Shown here: positions 36,483 through 47,901 of the stretch, piece by piece
How the letters are laid out: each line of letters begins with the position of its first letter
Position numbering within the stretch: position 1 is the stretch's first letter
Assembly (NCBI GenBank): GCA_018398765.1
Contig: JAHBMJ010000124.1
Coordinates: 62,001-126,000 of the forward strand
Length of the DNA stretch: 64,000 bases
Direction: 5' to 3'
From: Chromera velia
Taxonomy: Eukaryota
Notes under the pieces: generated by a model
Databases searched by the model: none
What the model saw: the letters and a program-made list of their open reading frames with translations, nothing else
Told to the model about the DNA's origin: nothing
Made by a program: the position numbers and the translations under genes

Positions 36483-38317
36483 TACCAAAAGAACAACCCC
36501 CCGCTCTGCTGACACTCACAGACGAACACTCTGGAACAAAAAAAAAGATTCAGTGACAGAAAGAGAGAGAGGGTCTGATCGTGCCTTCCAGGAATAAGCG
36601 ACAATATGGCATTGCCACAGCTTTTGTTACAGCAGCAGCGTACGAAAGGAGTAGAGGGGGGATAGACAATACAAAAAAGCCTACCCGCACAGCCTGAGCG
36701 AGTGCGCGTGCAGGACAAAAGAACGAGGGATCAGAGACGAATAGACGCGGGGGGGAGGTGGAAAAGATGAGAAAAAAGAAGAGACGGAGAGATGATTAAG
36801 GAGAACATGGGAACCTCTCCGTTGCACATACACAAATTAATGTTCTGGCTGCCCCCCTCTCCTCCCTCTGCTACCGTTCAAGCCTCGTCTCTTTTTTTCC
36901 TGTGCATAGGAAAGAAGCACAGGGGGAAAGACAGAGAGACAGGAAGCAAGCAAGCAGCCTGCCGGAACGCCTCCTGCTCGGGGCGTTTGCCTGAATCGCC
37001 TTTGGATTGAATGGAAGAGCCTCTCTCAGCTGGTCTTGTTTTTTTTTAATTTTGCGTTTGCTGTGCTGACCTGCTTTGTCATGGAAGGGGGGGAGGTTGA
37101 GATGGATGTGTAGGGATATTTTGATCCGTTTGGTGCGTCGTGCGTGCGTCATCTTTCTCTCCTTTCGATAGAGGAAGAAAGGGGTAAGGAAACACAGCGG
37201 TCGTTGACTCTCGCAAAGGCTCTTTCTTTCTTTCTTTCTTCAAAAAGGGAGAGGCCTCGGGGGAATGCGGGAGGAGGGCAAGAAACGCCCATCATCCATC
37301 TCTCCTACGTGCAGGCAAAAAAAGGAAGGGAAAGAACGTCTGTCTGGGTGTTTGCTTCTTTTCAGTTTCTTCTTCTGTTGCTGCTATGGTTGAGACAGAA
37401 ACTCGAAAGGAACCAAGGACGAAGAGAGAAGAGAGAAGAGAGACGGGTGGAAAGAAGGAGGAGGAGGAACAAAAAACGGCAGTCTTGCAGTTTTCATGTG
37501 AACTGCCCTCAAGACGAAAGGAAGTCATTCCGCCAAAAGCTCAGCGCGCAAACCAACAAAATCTGTAGAAAGAATCCTTCGACCGATTACTTCACCAAAC
37601 CGTCGGTCAGTCAGTCGGTCAGTCAGTCAGTACAGAAAGAGGAGTTCTGTTCCAAGAACCCGACCCGACTGAACACCAGACAATAGGCAGACAGTCGTTT
37701 AGACAATCAGGCAGACAGGCACACATTGTGTCAAGAAAAACAGACGTGCGCGAAGAGAAGAAGCCTGCAATATTGTTTTGACTGTCTCCTTGCGCAGCTT
37801 TCTCGTATGCTTTTGTTTTCCTCCTTCTTCGATCGACAAACTCGGCACAACACCCATCCCTCTCTCACACACTGCCCTTCACATGGAAGAGCGGGATGGG
37901 CCGAAAGGTACGTCGAAGGAACAAAAGAAGCGAAGGAGGAAATCAAGCAAGTGTGGTGAAAGATTAATTTTATTTGCGATGACGACCTCAAGACTACTAG
38001 ACAAGGCGGAAGCTCTCTTTGTTTCTTCCTTTTGTCATCAAAGCAGATGGACAGGAGGAAGAAAGATATTTGAATGCTTCCTTCCTTCACAGAGAAATTG
38101 AGAAGATACCACGGACGGATGGAGGACCCAACTTGCTGCATTCCTTCAATCCTGACACCTCGATGGATCGATCGGTCTTCTAACAAGAACAATAGAAGAG
38201 GTCAGTGGCCAAGTGGCCGCCGGTCGTTCTCTCTTCGACAAAAGACGACAGACAGAGAGTAGAAGCGCCACACGCACAGATCGATACAGACTGCGCACAA
38301 AACGCGACACACGAGGC

Positions 38318-38362
<45 letters not shown>

Positions 38363-39215
38363 GATAAAGAACGTCCGGACGAAAAATCTCAGAAAAGAAG
38401 AGAGGAGCAAATCGAAGAACACAAAGAGAAGAAAAAAAGACGAGAAAAGGAAGGAACACCAGAAAGAAAGGGACGAAAAAACTTCACTCCGAGGAAAGGC
38501 GTTCCCTCATTTCAACGAAGTGCGCAGAGAAGATAGAAAGGAAAAGAGAAGCAGATTGATAAACAGACAGGCAGGCAGACAATGCCTCTTTGTTAACACG
38601 AAAGTCTCCCTACCTGAATGGATGGATGGAAGAAACACTCCCACACACACCCTTCCACCCCCGTTGCCTCCCGCCTCCTCCCCCCGAGGGCCGTTAGAGG
38701 ATCAGACAGACAGACAGACTCAGTCGAGTCTCCTCATCATCAGTGAACAAAGAAATGAATGAGCTGAGGGGGGGGGGATAGATGCAAACTCCTCATTCCT
38801 TCCTTCCTTCCAGCACTCTCTCTGTCACAGCACCCACACGACGACATGATCTGGAAGCGAATACAATGGGGGAACTCAAATCGAAATACAAGCCTGCATG
38901 ACAGAACGACAGCAGCCATCTGCTTTTTCTCTCATGCAATTAGATCCTTCCTTCCTTTTGTCCTTTCTTCCAACAGAACAACAACAACGGTTTCCCCCTC
39001 TCTTCCCGCAAACTGAGAGAACATTCCAGACAGGCACAATTGAGCATCTGTCGAGTCGATAAATAGAGCAAACACGCATGTAGATTCACCATGCAACCCA
39101 AGAATCGCATAAATACCCTCGTACACTCTTTACCTTCTTTACTCCTTTCTCTCTCTCCCTTGAGAGTACGGAGATAAGCCAGGAAAGACGGCCGCAAGGA
39201 GCCCAAATCGAAGAA

Positions 39216-39747
39216 TCAAATCCTGAGGTCGAATTTCGACCTATCGACCTCAGAGAAGTACGGGTGTTTGAGTGCATCAAAGACGTCAATTCTCTTTTTG
39301 GGACAGAGGACCAACAGCTTGATCAAAAGATCACACCCAGACTCTCCCAGCACAGGACGGAGAGACGACAGCCGCTCAGGCAGAACGTCCCTCCATTTAG
39401 GGAACGTCGAGCGGAACTCCGGAAGCTCCGTCACACCAGGCCAGCTCTCTTCGGTCGGGGTGCCCCGCAATCTGCATGCATTTACTTTCATACAGATATT
39501 TACTTTCACATTCTGTATCGAAAAGAATTCTGTATGAAAGTACATGCATGCTTCGGTCGGGGTGCCCCGCAATCTGCATGCAGCAAATGAATGCAAGCAC
39601 GATCGAGTCGTTAAGTGTCACTTCAGTGTGGCTGCCACTCGGGGGTCTTGCAGTCGTCTTGTACTTGCAGTGTCACGTCGGCCCACATCTCTTCTCGCTC
39701 ATAAGCGCCCACACCCAAAAACGAACACACACGCGCACACACACGCA

Positions 39748-39823
<76 letters not shown>

Positions 39824-40745
39824 GAGAGAGAGAGAGAGAGAAGAAGAAGAAGAAGTCCGAGATGCACCTGAAAGCAGAGGATGGCATCCGCACACAAACT
39901 CACGGAAAAGAAAGGCCACAGCGGAAGAAGAGAGGAGAGTGTGCAGGGTTAAGGAAACAAATGAACTGAAGAAGAATTGGAGGGAGACCAATGCGACACA
40001 CAAAGACGCAGTGGTAAAGATAAAAAAACCCGATAACCAAAGAGAGTCATGCCGACCTAAAGATTTTGAAGAGAGTGTCGATTTCGCTGTCCCCTGGAAA
40101 GAGAGGTCTTTTGGAGACCATCTCAACGAAGATGCACCCGATAGCCCAGACGTCGACCTTGCCTGAGTACCCGGTATCTCCCAAGAGGATCTCGGGGGGC
40201 CTATACCACAGAGTCACGACTTCATGAGTCATGGGCCTCTTGGCCATTTGGATCGGCCGGGCGAGGCCGAAATCGGCCAGCTTGACTGCTCGGGGCGTGC
40301 GGTCGGGGTTTAATTTTACGAGTACGTTCTGCGGTTTCAAGTCCCTGTGGATAACCTTCCGGGCGTGACAGTGCGCACAGCCAAGAAGCATCTGGAAGAG
40401 GAAACTCGCATGGTACTGTGGTTCCACGGGACCTCTTGAGACCTCCCGCATGTAACACCGGAGGTCTAGGTCACAGAGCTCAAATACCAAATGGAGCTCC
40501 AGTCCATTGATGATAAGTTCAAGTAATCGGACGATATTTGGGTGAGAGAACTCACGGAGAATCGCGATTTCCCGGATGGCTGTGGAAGGCACACCTTCCG
40601 TCTCTGCATCGAGACGGATTCTCTTTATCGCGACACTCTCCCGAGTCTCTGTGTGAATGCCTCTACGCACAACCCCATACGTACCCTCACCTAAGGGCGG
40701 CTCAAAGACGACGTACGAACCTAACAAGAAGGACTCTGCCTGCAT
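39216..40745 (-). CDS. CDK1: PSTAIRE cyclin-dependent kinase (CDK1/CDC2 family); exons 40745-40057 and 39471-39216, ~314 aa
   Basis: Motifs GEGTYG, VAIK, EGVPSTAIRE, HRDLKPQN, DFGLAR, THEVVTLWYR and PLFPGDSEID. A phase-2 intron joins FKIFR to LRGTPTEESWPGV...ALKHPYF. Confidence 0.93.
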
Positions 40746-41425
40746 TTTTCTTGGTGAGTTCCTTTCCTTTCCTTAAGGCCCACCCACCCGTCTCCTTCTT
40801 TACCCGAAAGAGCGAGTAACTCTACTCTCTTCTCTCAAGCTTGCCAGAGAAAAACAAAAGACAGAAAAGACTGACGTGTAGAATGTCCGGCTAAGGGTTC
40901 TCTTTCTCGTCGACAGACATGAGTTCAGTACACAGCTATTCCGACTTCTATATATTAATCATTGAACGGCGACTTTCTCGAATGGCTTCTAAACACTCGA
41001 GTGCGTTTTCTTCAATGTCGCAGTCGACCTGATCGATCGAACGCATGCACAAAATACCTGGCAAAGTTTTTGTGTCAGGCGATGTCAGGCGCGCGCGCGC
41101 TTGAATGCCTGGGCGCGCGTTCCTTCTGTTTTTCCGAGCGCTTTTCGAAAATTCCTTGGCTAAATAATTCCTTCAATTAATGCTTAATTTCCATGCATGC
41201 ACGGTACCGATACAGCATGCAGGCAGACGACGGTTTTTTTTTCTAGAAAGTGACTTCAATGAGTACGATATGTAACATTTCGTTGAGCCGATCTACGTTG
41301 TGCAGGAAACTGTCGCTTTTGCGCTCCAGCTCTTTCGTGCCAACTGGGCAGTATAGACAGAAACAGGCATCTGTCAAAGTCGATCCGAAGGAACCCGCTC
41401 AAATTTCTCCAGACAGTACGTCGAG

Positions 41426-42178
41426 ATGAGAACAATCGCTGCTTCTCTGGCTGTCACAATGGCGGCTTTCTTCCTCACTCCCTCGGAGGCTATCGACTTC
41501 AAACTGAAATCCCATGTGTCCTCCAGGGGCGCAGACAGACTGCAGTTCATGCGCTTGATCTTCCCGGATCGGGAAGCCTGCGCGACCTTCTACATGGACG
41601 CCGCCAATGACCCAGCAACCAATTGCACCATTACAGACGCCTGCAGCAAGACCAGCATGACTTATATGGTCTCGAAGGCCCCTCAGTCCTGTACCGTCAG
41701 CGTGAAGAGAGATCCCAAGCACCTCCCTGCCACCAGTTTTCTGTCCTCGACCTTCGCGAGCGGAGGTTACCAGGAAAGGTTCTTTAACATCGAACCCACC
41801 AAGTCCATGTTTGTGATGAAAACAAGCACCTACGGTACGGATACCGGGCGCAGCATGATTTCTCTGAACTACAAATTCAAGGAGGCTTGCGTCAATGACT
41901 TTGTCAAACTATCCCAGACGAGCTGCAAAGTCATTTCTGCCTGTACCGCCGACGCTCTGTCGATCAAACTGGTCCAAGAGAAGAACCCTGGCAGTGATGA
42001 GATGGGTCTCTGCTACATCAACAGCATCTCGGATATGAGCTTTGTGAGCGTGAATGTTGACGCTCACACAACGTACAATCTCCTCGAGAGTCAGCAAACT
42101 GCCAGCAGTGAGGCCGCGGAAGTCTCGGAGTCCATCAAAGAGCAAGTGACCGCGGCACCCACTCTCCTCGAGGCCTAA
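41426..42178 (+). CDS. Intronless predicted secreted protein, 250 aa, with two internal 4-Cys modules; function unknown
   Basis: Clean ORF with a hydrophobic N-terminus ending SEA and many C/G-ending codons. Confidence 0.85.
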   Translation: MRTIAASLAVTMAAFFLTPSEAIDFKLKSHVSSRGADRLQFMRLIFPDREACATFYMDAANDPATNCTITDACSKTSMTYMVSKAPQSCTVSVKRDPKHLPATSFLSSTFASGGYQERFFNIEPTKSMFVMKTSTYGTDTGRSMISLNYKFKEACVNDFVKLSQTSCKVISACTADALSIKLVQEKNPGSDEMGLCYINSISDMSFVSVNVDAHTTYNLLESQQTASSEAAEVSESIKEQVTAAPTLLEA

Positions 42179-43175
42179 ACTCGCCTAGCTGTGCATAAGT
42201 CTTCCTTCAGACTCTTTGAATGGGAAGAAGAACATACAACACACAGAAAGGACAGGCATCTGTCTGACAAGAGCAGCTCTCCTTCAATCGTGCATGAAAT
42301 GAAGCTGACAGCCCCGTATAGAGTGAATTTCAATCGGCACGAAAGTCGTCATCACAAATCATGAGAATCGAGAAGGGGGCTGGATCATGCTCGGTCGATC
42401 TGCCCACAAGAAGTCAAGCCATGATAAATGCAAGGACGCATATGGAAACCATTCCATCCAAACCTAGATCCAAACTTCTTTAGCTCTGTACTAGGCTGTG
42501 CACGTCTCCATTTCATTTAGAAAGCTTATTGTTCTATCTATGTCGTTGACTTTGCTTCAGCATCTTGATAACATAGGACCCAGAAATCCTTAGTAGTCCA
42601 ATAAGAGTAGAACCCGTGCTGCAGCTAGCGCCGCAGATCATCTATCAGTTATGGCAGTGGCGGGCCCAATCTAGGGATCAAGAAAAGATCCCTGGAAAAA
42701 TCTCAGTAAAGATCGGTCACAAATTGGTGCCAGAGAATATCAAACACTTAGAAAACTACGCTAGGAACTTATATTAAAAAGATGTCCCGTTCCTCCAGAA
42801 AACTGACTTTCTGAAGCTTTTTATAATTAGATAACAATTTTATTGCATACTTAAATTTTGTTGTGGATCGAGCTCAACGTGTCTTTCTCTTAATTCTAGC
42901 TCTTAATTATAACTAACTAGCTAGCTAACTAACTAATCGACTTAGTCTATAGCCAATTCATAAAACAGTTTTTTTTACACTATATAGATAGCTAGTTATA
43001 GCTATGTTCATACAAACAGCATTTGGTTAAACAAACGAAATGTGATACAGTTTTTATATATAATGTGTCATGATTTGTTGAATAGCATTTTGTTTTACAA
43101 TATTTAAAGTTTAATTCAAACATATACAAACATAGATGAACCGGATTTATAAAACAAGTACTTCTATGGTGAAGA

Positions 43176-45207
43176 TTAGTGCATTCCGATAACCCCAAAC
43201 GGACCTAGAGACCGAAGTTTCCCCTCGTCTTCCGCTTCCGAAAATGCCTCCTGGATCTCATCAGAAGTGAGGTCCCTGTTCAATTCAATGTGGAATTCTG
43301 CCAAGGAGGGGAGCGAGTTGGGCCCCAGGAATCGGAGGAATGAGCGAAGACCTTCGAGCTCAATTTGATTCATTGACAGGTCAAGATGACGAAGCCGAGG
43401 GAGGTCTTTGGCTCCGACGGCTTCTCCTAAAGCTCGCATTCCTTGGTTCCCAATGTCACAGCGAGACAAGTCAAGAACCTCGAGATTTGGAATCTTCCCT
43501 GATTTCATTACGAGTGCCAACGCATCCATGCCTTCTCCGATTTGTAGTCGGTCAAGCTTCAGATGTCTCAGTTCACTGAGGGCGATTGGACTCTCTCGAA
43601 TTCCATTCATGACTGCCTCAAATCCCTTTTTTCCAAATTCATTATTCGACAAATCCAATTTTTTAAGTTTCGGGAAATTTCCCTTCAAGAAACTTTCAGA
43701 CAACGCAATCAGGTCTGAGTCTGTCAAGTACAGATTCGCAAAAATCAGATCAGACAGAATGGGAAGGGTGACTGCCCCCAAGGCATTCCACAATCCTGCT
43801 TTCTCGGGACGGTCTCCTTCCCCCAAAACCAAAATAATCTTTCGGAGGCAAGACAGACGTCCTGCCTTTAGAGCTTTGCTCAGACTCTCCAACTTGACTC
43901 TGTCAGCATTCTCATCTGACCCCAACAGTGTCACTTCCAACGTCTCAAAAGGAGGCGATGCACTCGCCTCCACCACTGCATTGAAGAAGTCCCCCGCAAT
44001 TCCTCCAAAGAACATTAGCTTCACATGCTTCAGACATTTCACCTTTCCACTCCCCAAATACGGTCCTATGTCTGTGCTCATTACATTCACAGAGACCGAC
44101 AGAGTCTCCACAGGCGGGGGCTCTCCATCACCACTCGACCCCCACACGTCCAAGACCGACCTCACCCCTTTCTCATCCAAAGAAGTATTCATTAGATTCA
44201 GTCGGCCTAACTGAGGCAGGATAGACTTCCTCAGCACTCCCACCAGACCCGAAACCTGTTCCCCCACAACAACGCCCTCCAAGTCCAGCGACTGCAGATG
44301 TGCCAATTTCCCCTCACCCACCACGCCCAACAGCCTCGCCACCCCCCTCTCACCAAGCCTGTCGCATCCGTGCAGAGACAACTCTCTCAACGAAGGAAGT
44401 GCGCTGTCAGAGATCGCCTCGCACAGAGCGAAGAGTCCTGCAGCACAGCACAAATAGAGAATTTACTCGCATGCGTTCAAGCCAACAGGCGCCAACAGGA
44501 GAAAATGAAGCAGCTACCTACCTTCATCATCAAAGCTGTCACACAGAGACAGAATCTCGATGGCCAGAGGTTTCGCCTCCTTGAATGCCGAGCACAACAG
44601 CGCCAGATCCTTTGATCGCAGCTTTGTTGACTTCAGGTTCAGACACCGGACAGAGCGCAGCTTCCCTTTCCTCCAGGTGTCTGCCAACACACTTGCGCCT
44701 TCCTGCCCAAGCTCATTTCCTGGGGATAGAAACAAGCAAAAAGAAGAAACATTGCAAAGGGAAGAGCAAAATATCTCGCCACATGTTTTTTTGGAGAGAC
44801 GAGGAAAAAGAGGGAAAGAGGGGGAGATAGAGGAGGGGAAGTGTGTGAATGACAGAAGAAGGGAAAGGGAGGGACACACAGGGAGGGAGGGAGGGAGGGA
44901 GGGAGGGCGCACTGCCACTTTCTGCTGCATGGGAAGGGGAGAGAAACTGCGACCTCAAATGAAGCAAAGTACGTCAGTGTGTACGTCAGGAACGCGAACA
45001 AAGCAACAAAGTAAACAGAGAGGAAAGAAAAAGAAAGGAGGGAAAAAGAGCAAATCAGAAAGGGCGAACGAGGGAAAGACAGCATGCAAGCAAAACAGAA
45101 AGAAAGAAAGAAAGAAAGAAGGAAGGAAAGAAGGAAAGAAGGAAAGAAGAAAAGAAGGAAAGAAGGAAAGAAGGAAAGAAGGAAAGAAGGAAAGAGGGAA
45201 AGAAGGA

Positions 45208-45239
<32 letters not shown>

Positions 45240-45522
45240 AACAAACAAACAAACAATGAAACCGACGGACCTTCAACATTGAGACTTTCCAGGCCTTCAG
45301 GGAGGGACGCAAAGGCAGATGCCGTCTCGGGCCAGATGGACTCTTCTGCAGGCAGGCAGATGGAATTAATGCATTCATCGAAAAACCATCAATCGATCAG
45401 CCAGTCAGGGAGGGGGGAATTCATCGCTCATAAGTCCTCTGTATGCCTCACGACTGTGTGGCCTCGTCCATGCAGCCCTTAATTTTCCTTCCCTCTTCAT
45501 TTGGAGTCCTCTGCATATGATG

Positions 45523-45558
<36 letters not shown>

Positions 45559-47121
45559 ATGTGAGCCTTTCCCTTGCCCCAGAAAGAGTGGGTCGTTTTC
45601 CCTCTCACACCCTTGCGCTTCCCTAATTTGCGCCCACCCGCCTCACTTTGAAAGTTGAGAGTCCGGACGCCTTTTTTCCTTTCGAAGAATTGGCACAGGA
45701 GGGCGAGCGTTTCTTCCTCGACAGCAGAAGGACCTGCGCCGATGCATGCACAGAATTCAGTTTGGGCGAAACATTTTTTTCCTTGGCTGCACAATTTTGA
45801 AGAAAAGAGACCACCAGAAACGAAAGGCTTGGTAGTCGCTCTCAACGTCAGTTTTTGTTTAGCTGCATGCAGACGGACTCAACCTATTGGGCCTTTGAAA
45901 TTGATGCACGACGAGACGGCGAGACAACGAGAAGGGTCGCATCATACAAAGTGCAGAATGAGATCACCAAGCAGAAACACTGCACCACTTCTGTCCATCT
46001 AATTCGATTCCGATCTTCATTCATCCGCTGGCGCCCGCAGGCTTGTTCCACTTCCCTCCCAACGGATTCGTGTTGCCCCCCTCAGCTTTCTGTCCTCTGA
46101 TGGTGATGAATCACTGTCCAAGCACGCACTCACAGAGCGTGAGCTCCTCCACCCCCTCGGGAAGAGACTCCAACAGAAGAAAGACCTTTCCTTTCGACAG
46201 AGAACAACCTGAAGGAGAACAGAGGGAAGAAAAGCAACGGAGACTTTCAAACTTCCAGTTTTTCTTTCAGTTCTCAGATCAATGCAAACTGAAAGAGGCT
46301 GTCCTATAGAACGTGAAGGCTCAGTAGGCAAAGCGGACAGGCGATGACTGTAGACGCTGAACGCTATCTCTGCGTGCGTCGGGAAACGAGAGAGAGGGGC
46401 GGGAGAGAGAGAGAAGGCCTCCTAGCACACCGCTTGGATCTCTATGTGACAACACCGTTGCATTTTACGTGCAAAGGCATTTGTCCACGTTCCCTTGCAG
46501 ACACACCTGACAGGTCCAGATATCGCACTGGCATTCCCGTTTTCACTTTCTCCTGCGGGCACGTAGCATCAAGCAGTCAGACACGAAAAGAATTAACTTA
46601 AAGAGAGAAGAACAGTGCCGTTTTCGTACAGGAAAGGACAACACGTAGGTGAGTTCTTCTTCTTTGCTTCTTGCCTAGCTACTGAGAAGATCCCTCTGTT
46701 TTCTGTTCTCTAATCAAATCGCGGAACTGCCTTAATAAATTATATAGTTCCTGCTTGATTACCAAGGCTGACGGGATTCGTAAAGTGACACTCACCTTCT
46801 TGACAAGATAGAGGACAGTCCAGGCAATTCCAACAGAGTCCTTTCTCTGCGCCAGGGAGGAGATGGTCTGCAGAGTCGGAGAAGGGGAGAACTTTGGTTT
46901 CTCGCTCAAAAGTCAGGACAACTCTTGTAAGTCAAGCGCCTGACCTTCGTGCATGCAACACTTGCAACACGGACCTGGTCTGACGGTTTCGTGTGGCCAA
47001 GGAGAATCCCCAAAATTCCCTCCCTGCCCATCACAGGTGCCTGCGGGCTTGAGTGGACTGCCTCCATCTGAACAATCACCCCAGTCTCCACGGCCTTCTT
47101 TCCCGAACACCCGGATCCCAT
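43176..47121 (-). CDS. RNI-like LRR protein, 8 exons (47121-46945, 46867-46796, 46552-46507, 46208-46134, 45733-45647, 45345-45271, 44719-44522, 44437-43176)
   Basis: Many LxxLxLsxNxI repeats (FPKLKKLDLSNNEF, IPNLEVLDLSRCDI, LPRLRHLDLSMNQI). All GT-AG junctions are phase-compatible. The first donor is uncertain (alternative near 46975). Confidence 0.85.
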
Positions 47122-47901
47122 TGGAATTAATGCATGCAACAGCTTCGACAATATATACGAAGATCAGACTCAACGGCGTCTTGGCACCTGTGCACCCCTG
47201 CGCACCCCTGCGCACCCTCAATGAAGACTCTTGTATTGCGGAATTGGAAGTTCACAGTAGATTCAGTAGATCTGTCTGGCGTTACTATCTCAGCAGAGCA
47301 GCCTGCATGAGCTGCCCCTCGAGGCGATCGACGGTCTATTTTGCTGCATGTCATGCATGCAGACTGCATGCATGCACGGGATACACCCAACCTGTTTGGT
47401 GAGTGCCTCGGGGGGCCATTTTAGGGGGTCGGCCAATTTAATCGATGCACACCATCAGGGGCTTTGGCATGTCTTGCGTTCTCGGACGATCGAGTGGCGG
47501 GGGCCACAGTAACGCACGCGAAATATGCTTTTCGGGACCGCGCGCGTGTTCACGCATACAGCTCCCTGCGAGTTAACTTTTATTACTTGAGGGGCACGTA
47601 TTATGCGAACCAAAGATTGAACTATATATGCATGCGGCTAGGGTATTTCACTTATTTGAGCCAACCTAAGATTTTGACAGGTTTTTAGGTATAAAATTTA
47701 GTGTTTTAATCTTTTGTCTTGCTTTTAATTAAACTTAAAATCAAAGCTCTAAAAAACTTAAAAACCTATTCTAGGATTTAACCTTCAATCATCATCATCA
47801 TCATTTGCACACTGTTTTAGGTGAGAGGGCTTAAGTTTTTATAGGTTATATGAAGTTTTAGGGGTGGTGTCACTAAAGGTTTTTTTTTTTAGTTTTATAA
47901 C

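Noticed and set aside
35800..39100. Possible additional gene downstream of the CDK
   Set aside because: The region is intron- or UTR-like, and I found no consistent exon chain or protein motif.
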